Below, piece by piece: positions 37,470 to 47,805 of a stretch of 53,720 nt of DNA. The notes beneath the pieces are model-generated. The model searched no databases and had not been told where the DNA came from. It worked only from the letters and a program-made list of their open reading frames with translations. The translations under genes were made by a program, and so were the position numbers. Positions within the stretch are counted from its first letter, which is position 1; each line of letters starts with the position of its first letter. Source of the stretch: a virus (lineage: Duplodnaviria; Caudoviricetes); the IMG/VR virus record IMGVR_UViG_3300025809_000027, positions 1-53,720 of that record. One strand, given 5' to 3'.

Positions 37470-38183
37470 ATGGCAGATAATTTAAAAATCACAACAGGGG
37501 ATGTTGACACCGTAATTGACCCTAACGCAGCAGTTGGCGGGATATTAGCGCAAGACCACAACACTCTTTTAAAAGACATCCTAACAAAGGTCGGAAAGTT
37601 TACAGGAGCACCCTATTTAGCGCAAGTCGATACAAATGTAGGACTTGTACCCGTAGGTGTATTAGTGTGGAATAGCAACGCATTTAACAACACAACAGCT
37701 TTTGAGTTGACAGTTGCAAAACAGACGGCAGACCTAAATGATATAGGTATTATTTTAGGAGTTATAAATACAGGCTCCTTAATCCACTTCAAGGACTTTG
37801 TGGGGCGGTCATGTTTTTTAGAATACATCTCACACGTTGCAGCAACGGATTCAGGTGGTGGTGCTATTTACCGAATTACAGTCAAAGGGAATGTAGACAA
37901 CTCAAACTACACCTACCAACCATTAGAAAAAGAGCCTTGTGTAATTGAGTTTTTCAACAAAGCTTCTGGAAGTGCTTTAAAAAGCACTGTAATTGAGGGT
38001 AATGTGTTCCAATGGCAACCGTCACCCTCTAACACAACAGCAACCCCCTTAATTGGAGATATAGCAACTAATGGCTGGATTGAATACATTGACGCTAATA
38101 ACAACAGATACGGCGAAAGGCTTGTTTTACACGCAGCAGACTACACCTTATTCACGAATTGGACAATTGAAAAAGAAAGATAA
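37470..38183 (+). CDS. Tail structural protein
   Basis: Position and composition. Confidence 0.55.
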   Translation: MADNLKITTGDVDTVIDPNAAVGGILAQDHNTLLKDILTKVGKFTGAPYLAQVDTNVGLVPVGVLVWNSNAFNNTTAFELTVAKQTADLNDIGIILGVINTGSLIHFKDFVGRSCFLEYISHVAATDSGGGAIYRITVKGNVDNSNYTYQPLEKEPCVIEFFNKASGSALKSTVIEGNVFQWQPSPSNTTATPLIGDIATNGWIEYIDANNNRYGERLVLHAADYTLFTNWTIEKER

Positions 38184-39658
38184 TGTGCAATAAAAATATA
38201 AATACGATTTTAGATGTTGATTTCAATCAAGTTAACGATGCCGTAAATTGGTTGCACGATTCTCTAAATGTTCTACAAACTTCTGGGGGTAAGCTAATTA
38301 TAGATGCAGACGCTAATGGACGGACATTCACTCGGCAATTAGGAACGTTTGACAATGCAAATGATCGAGTTCAAATAAAATGCAACATCGAAGCTGCAAA
38401 CCTCACATTTTTAGGGTCAACGACTATGGAGGCTACTTTTGAAATTTGGGCAGGAACTCAAAAACTACACGAAAGTTGCGCCTCTTTTGATGCGATAGCC
38501 ATCGGTAGTAATCACAACTATTTTTTAGATAGAATTTACAAAATAGAAAATTCATTATCCGCACCTTTAACTTTGAAAATCACAATTACAACAGGATTTG
38601 AATACGAATTACGATTAGAAGATTTAGAGGTTACAGATTTTAATTATTGCCCAGAAGATGTAAGAACTTACTTTGTAGTCGATCAACTTCTTGAAGATAG
38701 TTTAGTTTCAGCATCTTCAGGGATTCAATTAGAATCGTGGAAAGTCGATGGCGTGGAAACTTTAACAACAGAATTTTTTAATGAAAATAATGTTCTAGGA
38801 GGCAATCCTTTGTTAGAATGGAAGTTTGCTAATGCAGACTTGGACGGCACCAACAGAGTATCAGAAAATACGAACCCTAAAAGCTTCAACCCTTTTGTAG
38901 ATGAGTTAGGACTTACTTTTGACACCGCCACTAGTTTCCATGGCGGTAAACCTCTATCTGTTACATCAGGAAGTGATTACGGGACAGGTATAATGCAATT
39001 AGGATTTTTAAAACCTGCTATTTTAAACGGTAATTTGGTAGTAAAAAAAGGAGCTTTCTTTATTGATATTGACTATACAAAACCTCTTAAAATAGAATTC
39101 AATGTTGTTGTAAATGACTTAAATGTAAATGTATTTACGAATCCAAAATATTATAGAAAATACTGCATTGAGTGGAATCCTTTGACCTGTGAGAAGAAAT
39201 TTTTCTATACGGAAAACGGGGTGGTTGTAGATCAATTAATAAACGGCTTCTTGTCAGGATTAACAGCGGTTGAGATATTAGAAACGGTCATTCCTTGTGA
39301 CGGCAAATTCAGCAGCTCAGGACAGCAAGGTAATTTTACGTTCACGATAGACTTTGGTACGGGTGTCGGTTTTGCAGGTATCAATTACAACGCTTACAGT
39401 ATTCCAGATCGTTTTATTATAGAATGGAACGGACAAACATTTGACACAGGGTTTGTAGGAGATAGCTCTAATGACGCTCAATTAATTGCAGCAGGCGTTG
39501 ATCCAGCAGATATAAACACTGGCAGTCCGTCAACAGGATCAGGCTCTTTGATTTTTACAAAAAATTTACCATCACCTTCCACAGCAAAAATAACAGTTCT
39601 AGCCCCTTTGGGAAACACGGGTTGGAATATAACAGGCGTTTGTCCATATAACATATAA
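38183..39658 (+). CDS. Tail structural protein with a C-terminal beta-sandwich
   Basis: YNAYSIPDRFII...DTGFVG...APLGNTGW domain. Confidence 0.55.
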   Translation: MCNKNINTILDVDFNQVNDAVNWLHDSLNVLQTSGGKLIIDADANGRTFTRQLGTFDNANDRVQIKCNIEAANLTFLGSTTMEATFEIWAGTQKLHESCASFDAIAIGSNHNYFLDRIYKIENSLSAPLTLKITITTGFEYELRLEDLEVTDFNYCPEDVRTYFVVDQLLEDSLVSASSGIQLESWKVDGVETLTTEFFNENNVLGGNPLLEWKFANADLDGTNRVSENTNPKSFNPFVDELGLTFDTATSFHGGKPLSVTSGSDYGTGIMQLGFLKPAILNGNLVVKKGAFFIDIDYTKPLKIEFNVVVNDLNVNVFTNPKYYRKYCIEWNPLTCEKKFFYTENGVVVDQLINGFLSGLTAVEILETVIPCDGKFSSSGQQGNFTFTIDFGTGVGFAGINYNAYSIPDRFIIEWNGQTFDTGFVGDSSNDAQLIAAGVDPADINTGSPSTGSGSLIFTKNLPSPSTAKITVLAPLGNTGWNITGVCPYNI

Positions 39659-39668
39659 CATATAAAAA

Positions 39669-40613
39669 ATGGCAGAAAATTTATCAAATATTGTTTATGT
39701 AGATATAAGTGATTTTAGTTGCGGTGGTGATCTTTGCGAACACAAAGAGCGAACCCTGTCATACGCTTTGTTCGTGGACATTCCACAGCAAGCAGAAACG
39801 CCTGACGAAGTTTTTAAGGAGTGTTGTTATTCGCACAAAGTGCTAGCAGACCTAACCAGTACAGAATCGTATAAAAATGATTTTTCTGGTTTTTTCCACA
39901 AACGACAAATATCCTCTGAAACTTGTGATTTTGTAATGGTGGACACGGCAACTAGTACGGAGTACGTTTTAAATGACAGCACTTACGGCACTTACAATGA
40001 TTTCAACTCAATCACAGGACTTCCAGATTTAAAAACATTCAAATTAGACTGGAAAAAAGTACTTCAAGGATTAGGTTCTGGGTCTTATAAAGTTCTAAAA
40101 AGGGTTGTTGTAGTCGGCGTAGCGGTTGATATTGAATACCTTGTTTACAATCTCTACCAGTACTCATCTTCTCTAGCGAACACCACGGCAAGGATAGACG
40201 TGACGATGGATGGTTATTTGGAAAATATTGGAGTGAATTTTGAAGGTTCAGGGTTTGAGACAAGTTTAAGAGTTTCAGGATTTTTTGGAAGACGAAACCC
40301 AAAGTTTGAAGAGGATAATATCGTGAATCGAGATTACGAAAAGAGACAAATTTCCATCAAACAAACTAATGAATACAAGTTTCAAACTAATTTCATCCCT
40401 GTATGTTTAACCTCAGAAATTTTCGACTTTCTATTGATGTCGGACGATATTCGTATTTCAGACTACAATCTAAACAACCATTCATATAGCTATAGATTCA
40501 CCCCCGTTTCAATTGAGGAAAATGGAGAGCCAGTCTATTTGCCACAAACCAGAAAAGCGCAGCTCAATGTGACGTTTTCTGATAAAGTAGTCAATAAGAT
40601 ACGACGGTCTTAA
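39669..40613 (+). CDS. Tail structural protein
   Basis: Position and composition. Confidence 0.55.
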   Translation: MAENLSNIVYVDISDFSCGGDLCEHKERTLSYALFVDIPQQAETPDEVFKECCYSHKVLADLTSTESYKNDFSGFFHKRQISSETCDFVMVDTATSTEYVLNDSTYGTYNDFNSITGLPDLKTFKLDWKKVLQGLGSGSYKVLKRVVVVGVAVDIEYLVYNLYQYSSSLANTTARIDVTMDGYLENIGVNFEGSGFETSLRVSGFFGRRNPKFEEDNIVNRDYEKRQISIKQTNEYKFQTNFIPVCLTSEIFDFLLMSDDIRISDYNLNNHSYSYRFTPVSIEENGEPVYLPQTRKAQLNVTFSDKVVNKIRRS

Positions 40614-40657
40614 TGTGCTACTACCGTGCTTTTCCCGTGCTTTTCCCGTGCTACTTA
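40614..40657 (+). promoter_or_regulatory. 11-bp-period CGTGCT repeats (putative late activator site 3)
   Basis: TGTGCTACTAC, CGTGCTTTTCC x2, CGTGCTACTTA. Confidence 0.7.
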
Positions 40658-40711
40658 AAAAGTCATTTTAGAAATTCCATATATTTTTGAATGAAATAAA
40701 ATCTAAAAAAG

Positions 40712-41167
40712 ATGGCAGTAAAAGTATATTTAAAAGGGGTTACCGTGTTTATAGATGACGGCACGACTATAAAAAGGATTCCGTCAGGGTACGTGACGTA
40801 TGACATTAGCCAAGGGAATATCTACATTCATAACCTAATAGATTCAAGCTCAAAAACCATCCCATTAGCAGATTTGCAAGATGAGGGAGGGGTGGCTCAA
40901 ACACCTGCGGATGACTATCTAAGCACATTTATAGGGTCTTTTGAAAAAGGCGGGGGCAACGGCATGGGGTTGCAAGGGAGTAACACTCTTTATTTCGATG
41001 ATGCGACCTATATTTACATATCAGGACTTCTTGCCAATGGAAATTGGTATGTAAATAGAAATACTATTGCTAATAATACACAAACAACAGCTACAGAGAC
41101 TAACAACACAGGACAAGCAACACAACCTATTGACTTAGCAACAGTACATGGTTTAACTTACTCTTAA
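40712..41167 (+). CDS. Tail fibre module protein
   Basis: First gene after site 3. Confidence 0.55.
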   Translation: MAVKVYLKGVTVFIDDGTTIKRIPSGYVTYDISQGNIYIHNLIDSSSKTIPLADLQDEGGVAQTPADDYLSTFIGSFEKGGGNGMGLQGSNTLYFDDATYIYISGLLANGNWYVNRNTIANNTQTTATETNNTGQATQPIDLATVHGLTYS

Positions 41168-41179
41168 AATAATAATACT

Positions 41180-43210
41180 ATGGCATTAGATAACACAACA
41201 TTTACCGCATTAACCTCAGGAACAAGAAATAGTAAAGCAGAAAAAGGTGCTCAATATTTTCTTAATGGTAATACTACAAACGGAAGATTAAATATAGACT
41301 CGTCTGCTATTTGGGAAGTAGGGGATAATACTCATATTCATGTAAACGGAAATCCAAATCATAGTTATATGGAAGGTATAATCAAAGCAACAGGTTTGAC
41401 TTATATAGGAAATCCAACTGGTGGAGGTAGATTAGATTTTTCGGGATCAGATGGAGGACTTCAAACGACAGATTTAACTTATGTTTATTTAGGCAATGGC
41501 AGAATATTTAATCACTTAGAAAATACTAGAAATATCTTTAATGGTTTTACAAGATTTATTATAGATATGACAGGTGGAGATGCTTTTATTCAATTTGCCA
41601 ACAGAGAGTACAAAAATATTCTTTTTAATGTAAAATCATCAAATTTAGGTAGAATAGCTATATATATGGCAAGAAGACACGACCAATATACCTCGCTCCC
41701 GAATTTTGGAACAAGGGGGCTAGGGGATAGTGATATTTTAGAATTAATAGAAGGTGATGGCACAAACTCTCACGGGAGAATATATGACCCTGTATATGAG
41801 GGAGTGACAGATAATCTTTTAAAATTAAAAGTAAGCACAACAGCAGGCGTCGCAAATAATGACTTTGAATATTTTACAATAGATGTGACTGCTATCAGAC
41901 ACGATGATGCAAGAATAAGAGTTGTTTCTGGGGCTTCCATACAAAGACATAACAAAAACTTAACTGTGGCAAATACCACTCTTGATGCATACGGAGGAAC
42001 TCCACTTGATTATTACAGCGGGAAAAATGTAGTAGAGTGTTTAGTTAGAACAATTACAACAACTACATCAAGTACAAGAGAGGTTATTTCTTATGTTATT
42101 CGTAGGGCAGGGTATCAAGAAATAAAAGTAGATAACTTGGCAATGAATGCTCCTGTTATTATTGAAGAAATGATAATGGATACCGACTACTCAAGCACAG
42201 GAACGATAACTCTGTTTTCAAATCTTGATGAGGTATATGACAAATTGGAAGACTGGCTTGTAGATAATCTAGCAACAAACAATTTCGTTTCAAAAGACGG
42301 AGTGGCTCTTGATTTAGCAGGGTATAGTTTGATAGTCGACAAGACAGCAGGCACTCTTTTAGATGTAAATACAACTACTGATACAATCACTATCAAAGCA
42401 GATGATTTAGTAGTAGGCGAGTTCAAAACAATCAAAACAACTGGAACTATATCAACAGCAAACGGAGGCATTATTTCTGTACCTTACGAAGACACCAATG
42501 GTGTGATTGTAAAAGTATCTGCTCCTGCTAACTTCACAATCAAAGGAACAGGAATTGCTTATACTCAAAACACAAACAACATCACAACACAAGTAGCAAG
42601 TGGAACAGTAGTTGAATATGCTATTTGGAGTTTAGGTAAAAAAATCGTGTATGTAACTCAAACAATTAATGAACCAACTACTATAGACATAAATTATGAA
42701 AGTGAAGCTTTTGTAGATACTGGACTTGATGTCTCTGCACAAGTTTCAAATATAGATGCAAGTAATGTAGGAGGAATCCTTACATATAAGTTTGGAGAAA
42801 TGGAGCTTACTCTTGAACAAGCAAAAGCAGTATCTCATAGAATATTTGAAGATGAAATAGCTCTTGATTTAGTTCTGACAAATAACGCAACAGGGGTAGT
42901 GGACTTGTTACAAGATAGTATAAGAATTAATGCACCAGTTGTACACTTGGAAAGAAAAGATGCTCTGACAATATCTCAAGAAGTTAATTTGAGGTCTTAT
43001 ATTGATATAACAAATGCAGTAGCAATAAATCCAGCATATATACTTACTCCTGCTGATACAGATGGATTAAGAGTTATCTACTATAAAGACCCTATTGCTA
43101 TTGATTATGACCAAATAGAAAACAAAGTTTGGAATGGTACAGATGGAACTCTTATAAAAGCACAACAAAAAAATCAATTAACAGAAATTTCTAAAGTCTC
43201 TAATCCATAA
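41180..43210 (+). CDS. Probable tail fibre/spike or receptor-binding protein
   Basis: 676 aa, Thr/Asn/Gly-rich beta composition. Confidence 0.55.
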   Translation: MALDNTTFTALTSGTRNSKAEKGAQYFLNGNTTNGRLNIDSSAIWEVGDNTHIHVNGNPNHSYMEGIIKATGLTYIGNPTGGGRLDFSGSDGGLQTTDLTYVYLGNGRIFNHLENTRNIFNGFTRFIIDMTGGDAFIQFANREYKNILFNVKSSNLGRIAIYMARRHDQYTSLPNFGTRGLGDSDILELIEGDGTNSHGRIYDPVYEGVTDNLLKLKVSTTAGVANNDFEYFTIDVTAIRHDDARIRVVSGASIQRHNKNLTVANTTLDAYGGTPLDYYSGKNVVECLVRTITTTTSSTREVISYVIRRAGYQEIKVDNLAMNAPVIIEEMIMDTDYSSTGTITLFSNLDEVYDKLEDWLVDNLATNNFVSKDGVALDLAGYSLIVDKTAGTLLDVNTTTDTITIKADDLVVGEFKTIKTTGTISTANGGIISVPYEDTNGVIVKVSAPANFTIKGTGIAYTQNTNNITTQVASGTVVEYAIWSLGKKIVYVTQTINEPTTIDINYESEAFVDTGLDVSAQVSNIDASNVGGILTYKFGEMELTLEQAKAVSHRIFEDEIALDLVLTNNATGVVDLLQDSIRINAPVVHLERKDALTISQEVNLRSYIDITNAVAINPAYILTPADTDGLRVIYYKDPIAIDYDQIENKVWNGTDGTLIKAQQKNQLTEISKVSNP

Positions 43211-43229
43211 AAATATAAAAACAATAAAT

Positions 43230-44660
43230 ATGAAATCTATATTCAAACTAATTTTATTAATTGCCTCTTTAAATTTAGGGGCGCAAAACGGAAAACCTGA
43301 TAAGTTAAATTACGGACTCATAGTACCTAACGCCACAGAGGTCACAACAGCGGTGAAAATTCCTTTGTTGGACACGAATTTAAAAATGAATACTTGGATT
43401 ACGGCTGCTAATTTGTTGGCTCAAATCCAACTGGAAACGTTTACAGAAAGTGGAACACGGGCAGGGGGTGATGCATTTACGAAAATAGGAGATTATGACA
43501 ATTCTAGCAATGGCACACACATTGAGATAGATGATAGTAATAAAAAAATAGCACTGAACACAGACACTTCAAAAATCATGCTAGAAGACGCTACTGAAAA
43601 AATATCATTACTAGCTAAAAAATTATCAATTGGAACAACAGAATTGCACCCATTATATTCAACTGTATTTCAAAAAACAACAGCAGATCCGCTTATAGGA
43701 GGTGAGCTAGCGATTAACGCAAGTATTTTAGAGAGAACCAATAATCCAACTGGAACGGGGTATTACTATGGATCACACAAGACAATAACTCGGTCAGGAA
43801 CGGATAATGAAACGGGCACTAAAGGGTCTGATATAACGGTTCAAAAAACAGGTAATTTTAATTCTACTGTACTTTATGGTCAAGATTTAAAAACAATTCT
43901 AACAGGAGGAGGTACAACTTCCTATCTAATAGGTCAAGTGCTACGTGTCAAGGCTTTAGGAACTGAAACATTAACAGTTAATGGTGTCGCAAGAGGGCAG
44001 TCGGCAGACATTGAAATTAATAACCCAAACTTCACAGGCTATGTTCAGGCTCTGCATCCGACTTTGAATTTAAAAAAAGGAAATATTACGGGTGGAGAGA
44101 TTATCTTTATGGATTTTGATTTAGACCACGCAGACACAGATCTCAATGTAACTGGAGATCTTACCTATTTAGCAGGAGGTGGAGGTTCTGATGTGGCTGC
44201 TATGAAAACTAAATTAGAAGCTATTAACAAAAAGTTCAGATTTATACACAACCAAGGAGAAACTGAATCAGATTTTGGAGGAATATTAAATTATACAGGC
44301 AGTGTTTCTAATATTGAAAACGCAAGCAATAAAGTGTTGATTAACAAAGAGTATTTAGAATCATTAAATTACATAGATGGCACAGGAACAGCTAATTATT
44401 TATCTAAATTCACTGATTCAGACACTGAGGCAGACAGTCAAATATTCGACAACGGAACAAATGTAGGTATAGGAACAGCAACGCCAAGCGCTTCAGCAAA
44501 GCTACAATTAGACACCACCTCACAAGGCTTTTTACCACCACGTATGACGGAAGTACAGCGAGATGCTATTACAAGTCCAGCAGAGGGGTTAATGATCTAT
44601 CAAACAGACGCTACTAAAGGATGGTACGGCTACAATGGAACTGCTTGGGTTCAATTATAA
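43230..44660 (+). CDS. Fibre-like protein with an N-terminal signal peptide
   Basis: MKSIFKLILLIASLNLGA-Q; C-terminal NVGIGT...GFLPPRMT...PAEGLMIYQTD module common in Bacteroidetes surface and fibre proteins. Confidence 0.65.
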   Translation: MKSIFKLILLIASLNLGAQNGKPDKLNYGLIVPNATEVTTAVKIPLLDTNLKMNTWITAANLLAQIQLETFTESGTRAGGDAFTKIGDYDNSSNGTHIEIDDSNKKIALNTDTSKIMLEDATEKISLLAKKLSIGTTELHPLYSTVFQKTTADPLIGGELAINASILERTNNPTGTGYYYGSHKTITRSGTDNETGTKGSDITVQKTGNFNSTVLYGQDLKTILTGGGTTSYLIGQVLRVKALGTETLTVNGVARGQSADIEINNPNFTGYVQALHPTLNLKKGNITGGEIIFMDFDLDHADTDLNVTGDLTYLAGGGGSDVAAMKTKLEAINKKFRFIHNQGETESDFGGILNYTGSVSNIENASNKVLINKEYLESLNYIDGTGTANYLSKFTDSDTEADSQIFDNGTNVGIGTATPSASAKLQLDTTSQGFLPPRMTEVQRDAITSPAEGLMIYQTDATKGWYGYNGTAWVQL

Positions 44661-44684
44661 TAAAAATAAAAAAATGAAAAAAAA

Positions 44685-45146
44685 ATGAAAAAAACAATTC
44701 TATTACTCGCATTACTAATTTCAAGCTTGTCATTTTCTCAAACATTTGAGAAGGCAATTATTTCTAAATCAGCACATACGTATGATTTGGTAAACAACTT
44801 ATCGTCTCGAATCATTCGAGCTGTCCCATCTAAGGGTGGCGTTCAAATATCAGACGATACCTTGACGATTTATATTGTCGTTTATGGACTAACAATTGAA
44901 GAATACACCGATGAAAATGGAGTCGCACAGACACGAGACAAACCGTTTAAATTGTCTCAATTTTCAGAGAAATTAGTTTATACAAAAACAGAAGTAAATG
45001 CTTTGTTTTCGCAAATTGGCAATCCGATAGAAACAAACGAAGATTTTATAGATGAACTTAACAAGCTCATTGAAACAGCATTACTAAGTGAAACGCTTCG
45101 TAAAGGCTATTTTAATGGAGACACATTCACAGTATATAACCCGTAA
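44685..45146 (+). CDS. Secreted protein with a signal peptide
   Basis: MKKTILLLALLISSLSFS-Q. Confidence 0.7.
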   Translation: MKKTILLLALLISSLSFSQTFEKAIISKSAHTYDLVNNLSSRIIRAVPSKGGVQISDDTLTIYIVVYGLTIEEYTDENGVAQTRDKPFKLSQFSEKLVYTKTEVNALFSQIGNPIETNEDFIDELNKLIETALLSETLRKGYFNGDTFTVYNP

Positions 45147-45148
45147 TT

Positions 45149-45433
45149 ATGAACAAAAACTGGAAGCTTTACTGTTGTTTTATGATTGCATTATTTTTAG
45201 TTGCAATGATTGCTAACATCATTAATACTAATTTCTTTTACGGTCACGAAAATTCAACGATTCAGAAACTGTCCTTCAATTTTGCGAGCCTTATAATATT
45301 AGATATTAGTCTAGTTGTTTTGCATTATGTTTTCATAGTGGAAAATAAAACACCGTCAAGATGGTGGCAAATCTTCTTGACGATTGCAAATGTTTTTGTG
45401 GCTATTGCTAACATAATCCTTTTAATCGACTAA
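45149..45433 (+). CDS. Three-TM membrane protein (holin/antiholin candidate)
   Basis: Hydrophobic segments; lysis block. Confidence 0.5.
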   Translation: MNKNWKLYCCFMIALFLVAMIANIINTNFFYGHENSTIQKLSFNFASLIILDISLVVLHYVFIVENKTPSRWWQIFLTIANVFVAIANIILLID

Positions 45434-45434
45434 T

Positions 45435-45695
45435 ATGGCAGGGGAAATAGAAAAAATTGAAGCGTTGGAGCGTGTGTCAAAAAATCCACTTGTAATCCTT
45501 CTAATCGTCTTGATTGGATTGGGCTGGCTTGTTTTTAGTCAAAAAGAAGATCAAAAACAGGAGGTTTTGAGACAGGAAAAAAGAATGGATCGATTGTTTG
45601 AAAACACAAACGGAGTTATTGAAAAAAATACAGATGCGTTTGAAGACCAAAAACAGGTGATTACAGAACTTAAAATATTAATTCAAAATAGATGA
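45435..45695 (+). CDS. Single-TM coiled-coil protein (holin-like)
   Basis: N-terminal TM plus coiled coil. Confidence 0.5.
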   Translation: MAGEIEKIEALERVSKNPLVILLIVLIGLGWLVFSQKEDQKQEVLRQEKRMDRLFENTNGVIEKNTDAFEDQKQVITELKILIQNR

Positions 45696-45937
45696 TTATG
45701 AAACACTTAGATAAAATTTTACATTTTTTAGCAGGTTTTACCATTGCAACTCTCGTGGTTGTTCTATTTAGAAACCACATCGAATCCCTACTTTTTGGCT
45801 TCATAGCCTCAATAGTTGGTGGCATTTTAAAGGAAGTTTACGACATTAAAGTTAAAAAATCTCGATTTGATTGGTACGATGTTTTCGCAACAGTTGCGGG
45901 CGGAATTGCTGCAATTTCAGTACTTCAATTTTTATAA
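45692..45937 (+). CDS. VanZ-like small membrane protein
   Basis: DKILHFLAG...KEVYD...DWYDVFAT. Confidence 0.6.
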   Translation: MIMKHLDKILHFLAGFTIATLVVVLFRNHIESLLFGFIASIVGGILKEVYDIKVKKSRFDWYDVFATVAGGIAAISVLQFL

Positions 45938-45958
45938 ACTTAAAATAAATAAATAACT

Positions 45959-46255
45959 ATGGAACAATTAAACGAATTTTTAGCACAATATATAGATAAC
46001 TATCTATTTGCGATTATCATTTTAAGCGGTGTTTTCATTACTAAATACACAAAATCAATTACTATAATCGAGACGAAATACAAGGTTTTAATTATTGCAA
46101 CCTTAGCATCTATTACTTCCTACTTTATTACAGAAAGCGATTCTAGTTATTTACCAAAATATCTATTTACATACACATTGGCGACCTCGTTTTATGAGGT
46201 GGTTATGAAGTGGTTTACCGCAAAAATTAAGGGACGTTTTAAAATAAAGGAATGA
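45959..46255 (+). CDS. Holin candidate
   Basis: Three TM segments, basic C-terminus, overlaps the endolysin start. Confidence 0.6.
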   Translation: MEQLNEFLAQYIDNYLFAIIILSGVFITKYTKSITIIETKYKVLIIATLASITSYFITESDSSYLPKYLFTYTLATSFYEVVMKWFTAKIKGRFKIKE

Positions 46256-46668
46256 AACACCTAAATATAGCACTTAGTGAATTTGGTGTCAAAGAAATAG
46301 TAGGAGGGCGACACAATCCAGAGGTCTTAAAATACTTTCATGATACAGGTCACGAGTGGGTTAAGACCGACGAAACAGCGTGGTGTAGTGTCTTTATGAG
46401 CTGGGTTTGTAAAAAGTCCGATCTACCGTATTCAAGGGCTTTAGATGCGCGTAGTTGGCTTAATATCGGTTGTGAGGTTGATACTGCATACATAGGTGAT
46501 TTAGTTGTCTTTTCACGTGGCAATCCAAACGGGTGGCAAGGTCATGTAGGGCTTTACATAAGAGAAACAACAAATTGGATTTATGTTTTAGGAGGAAATC
46601 AAAACAATCAGGTAAAAATATCTAAGTACCCAAAAACCCGATTGTTACAATACAGACGTTTGACATGA
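46252..46668 (+). CDS. Endolysin, TIGR02594/NlpC-P60/CHAP-like peptidase
   Basis: DETAWCS...ARSW...GDLVVF...GHVG...LGGNQ. Confidence 0.85.
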   Translation: MKHLNIALSEFGVKEIVGGRHNPEVLKYFHDTGHEWVKTDETAWCSVFMSWVCKKSDLPYSRALDARSWLNIGCEVDTAYIGDLVVFSRGNPNGWQGHVGLYIRETTNWIYVLGGNQNNQVKISKYPKTRLLQYRRLT

Positions 46669-47321
46669 AAAAACTAAACTACATAATTATAGCAGTCTTG
46701 ACGGTGTTTTGTTTCTATTTATGGAGGAATGGCCAGAAAATGCAATACACCACCACTAACAATATTGGAGCCTTAACAGACAGTCTCGGACATTACCAAA
46801 CCAAAGAAGGGGCGTGGGTTGCAGAAAAGAAGCTGTTTCAGGGCACTGAGAAGGATTTAAAGCAAATCATAAAGAGTAAGGACGCTGCATTTCAAAAACT
46901 CCTAAAATCGTTTAAAAAGCCTGTTGCAGCAGCGGTTATAAAAACAGTTACCCAAATAGATACGGTATTCATTCCTTATAAAACTAAAATCGATTTACCT
47001 GTATTTGAGTTGTCATTTAGCAAAAATGCAAAACACTACTCAATCAACGGGATTTCCACAAATGAAGGGATTAATATTTTAGATATTTCAATTCCAAACA
47101 GTCAAAACGTGGTGGTCGGAAAAAAGAAAATAGGATGGTTTAAGCGTGAGTACAGAATTGAGGTAGCAAATTCTAATCCACACATAAAAGTAACGGACTT
47201 AGATGGTTTTTCATTTCGTCCAAAACCTAAGCGATTTGGGTTGGGCGTTTTCGTTGGCTACTCCACAGATTTAGAGGTGGTTATAGGTGTAGGGGTTGCC
47301 TATAATCTACTTTCGTTTTAA
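46665..47321 (+). CDS. Spanin-like lysis protein
   Basis: N-terminal TM, coiled coil, C-terminal amphipathic beta strands (GLGVFVGY...YNLLSF). Confidence 0.55.
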   Translation: MKKLNYIIIAVLTVFCFYLWRNGQKMQYTTTNNIGALTDSLGHYQTKEGAWVAEKKLFQGTEKDLKQIIKSKDAAFQKLLKSFKKPVAAAVIKTVTQIDTVFIPYKTKIDLPVFELSFSKNAKHYSINGISTNEGINILDISIPNSQNVVVGKKKIGWFKREYRIEVANSNPHIKVTDLDGFSFRPKPKRFGLGVFVGYSTDLEVVIGVGVAYNLLSF

Positions 47322-47381
47322 AAGTTATTTGCATTTTGTTTGTATTTTATTTAGATTCGTTGAACTATAAACCAATTTAGC

Positions 47382-47795
47382 GTGTCAAAAAAAATTAAAA
47401 AAGTAAAGAGATACCCTCATAAATTAGCAGAGAATTACCCATCAAACAGCCTGTATAACTGGGAATTATTTAGTGATAAAAAATTCAAATTAAGACAAGA
47501 AGCGACTCTACTAATCTTACAAGATCACATCCGTAACTACGATATGTTTTGGGTGACGAATGATTTTATCAACTTTGATAATGAAAAAAAAGATAATATC
47601 TTCAGAACCGAAGAGAGGTTGAACGGAATATCAGCCCTGTTTGTTTTGGGTATGATTGAGAGTCCTGTGCATCAAGATGACTTACTTAAAGTTGCACAAG
47701 ATATAATTGAAGGAACTAGAGGTTCTACTATGTCAATTAATGATCGTGCTGAGATGGTTGAAATAAGTTGGAGGCAAAGGATTCTACATTTGTAG
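47382..47795 (+). CDS. Hypothetical protein
   Basis: 137 aa ORF after the lysis genes. Confidence 0.6.
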   Translation: MSKKIKKVKRYPHKLAENYPSNSLYNWELFSDKKFKLRQEATLLILQDHIRNYDMFWVTNDFINFDNEKKDNIFRTEERLNGISALFVLGMIESPVHQDDLLKVAQDIIEGTRGSTMSINDRAEMVEISWRQRILHL

Positions 47796-47805
47796 GGTCG
47801 AGCGT

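Noticed and set aside
4963-42471. Many antisense ORFs in the track (e.g. 4963-5232, 20334-20873, 22754-23140, 30245-30595, 31916-32281)
   Set aside because: They are shadows of long sense-strand genes with no independent signals.
41180-44660. Diversity-generating retroelement or invertible tail-fibre switch
   Set aside because: I found no reverse transcriptase, invertase or duplicated template/variable repeat by eye.
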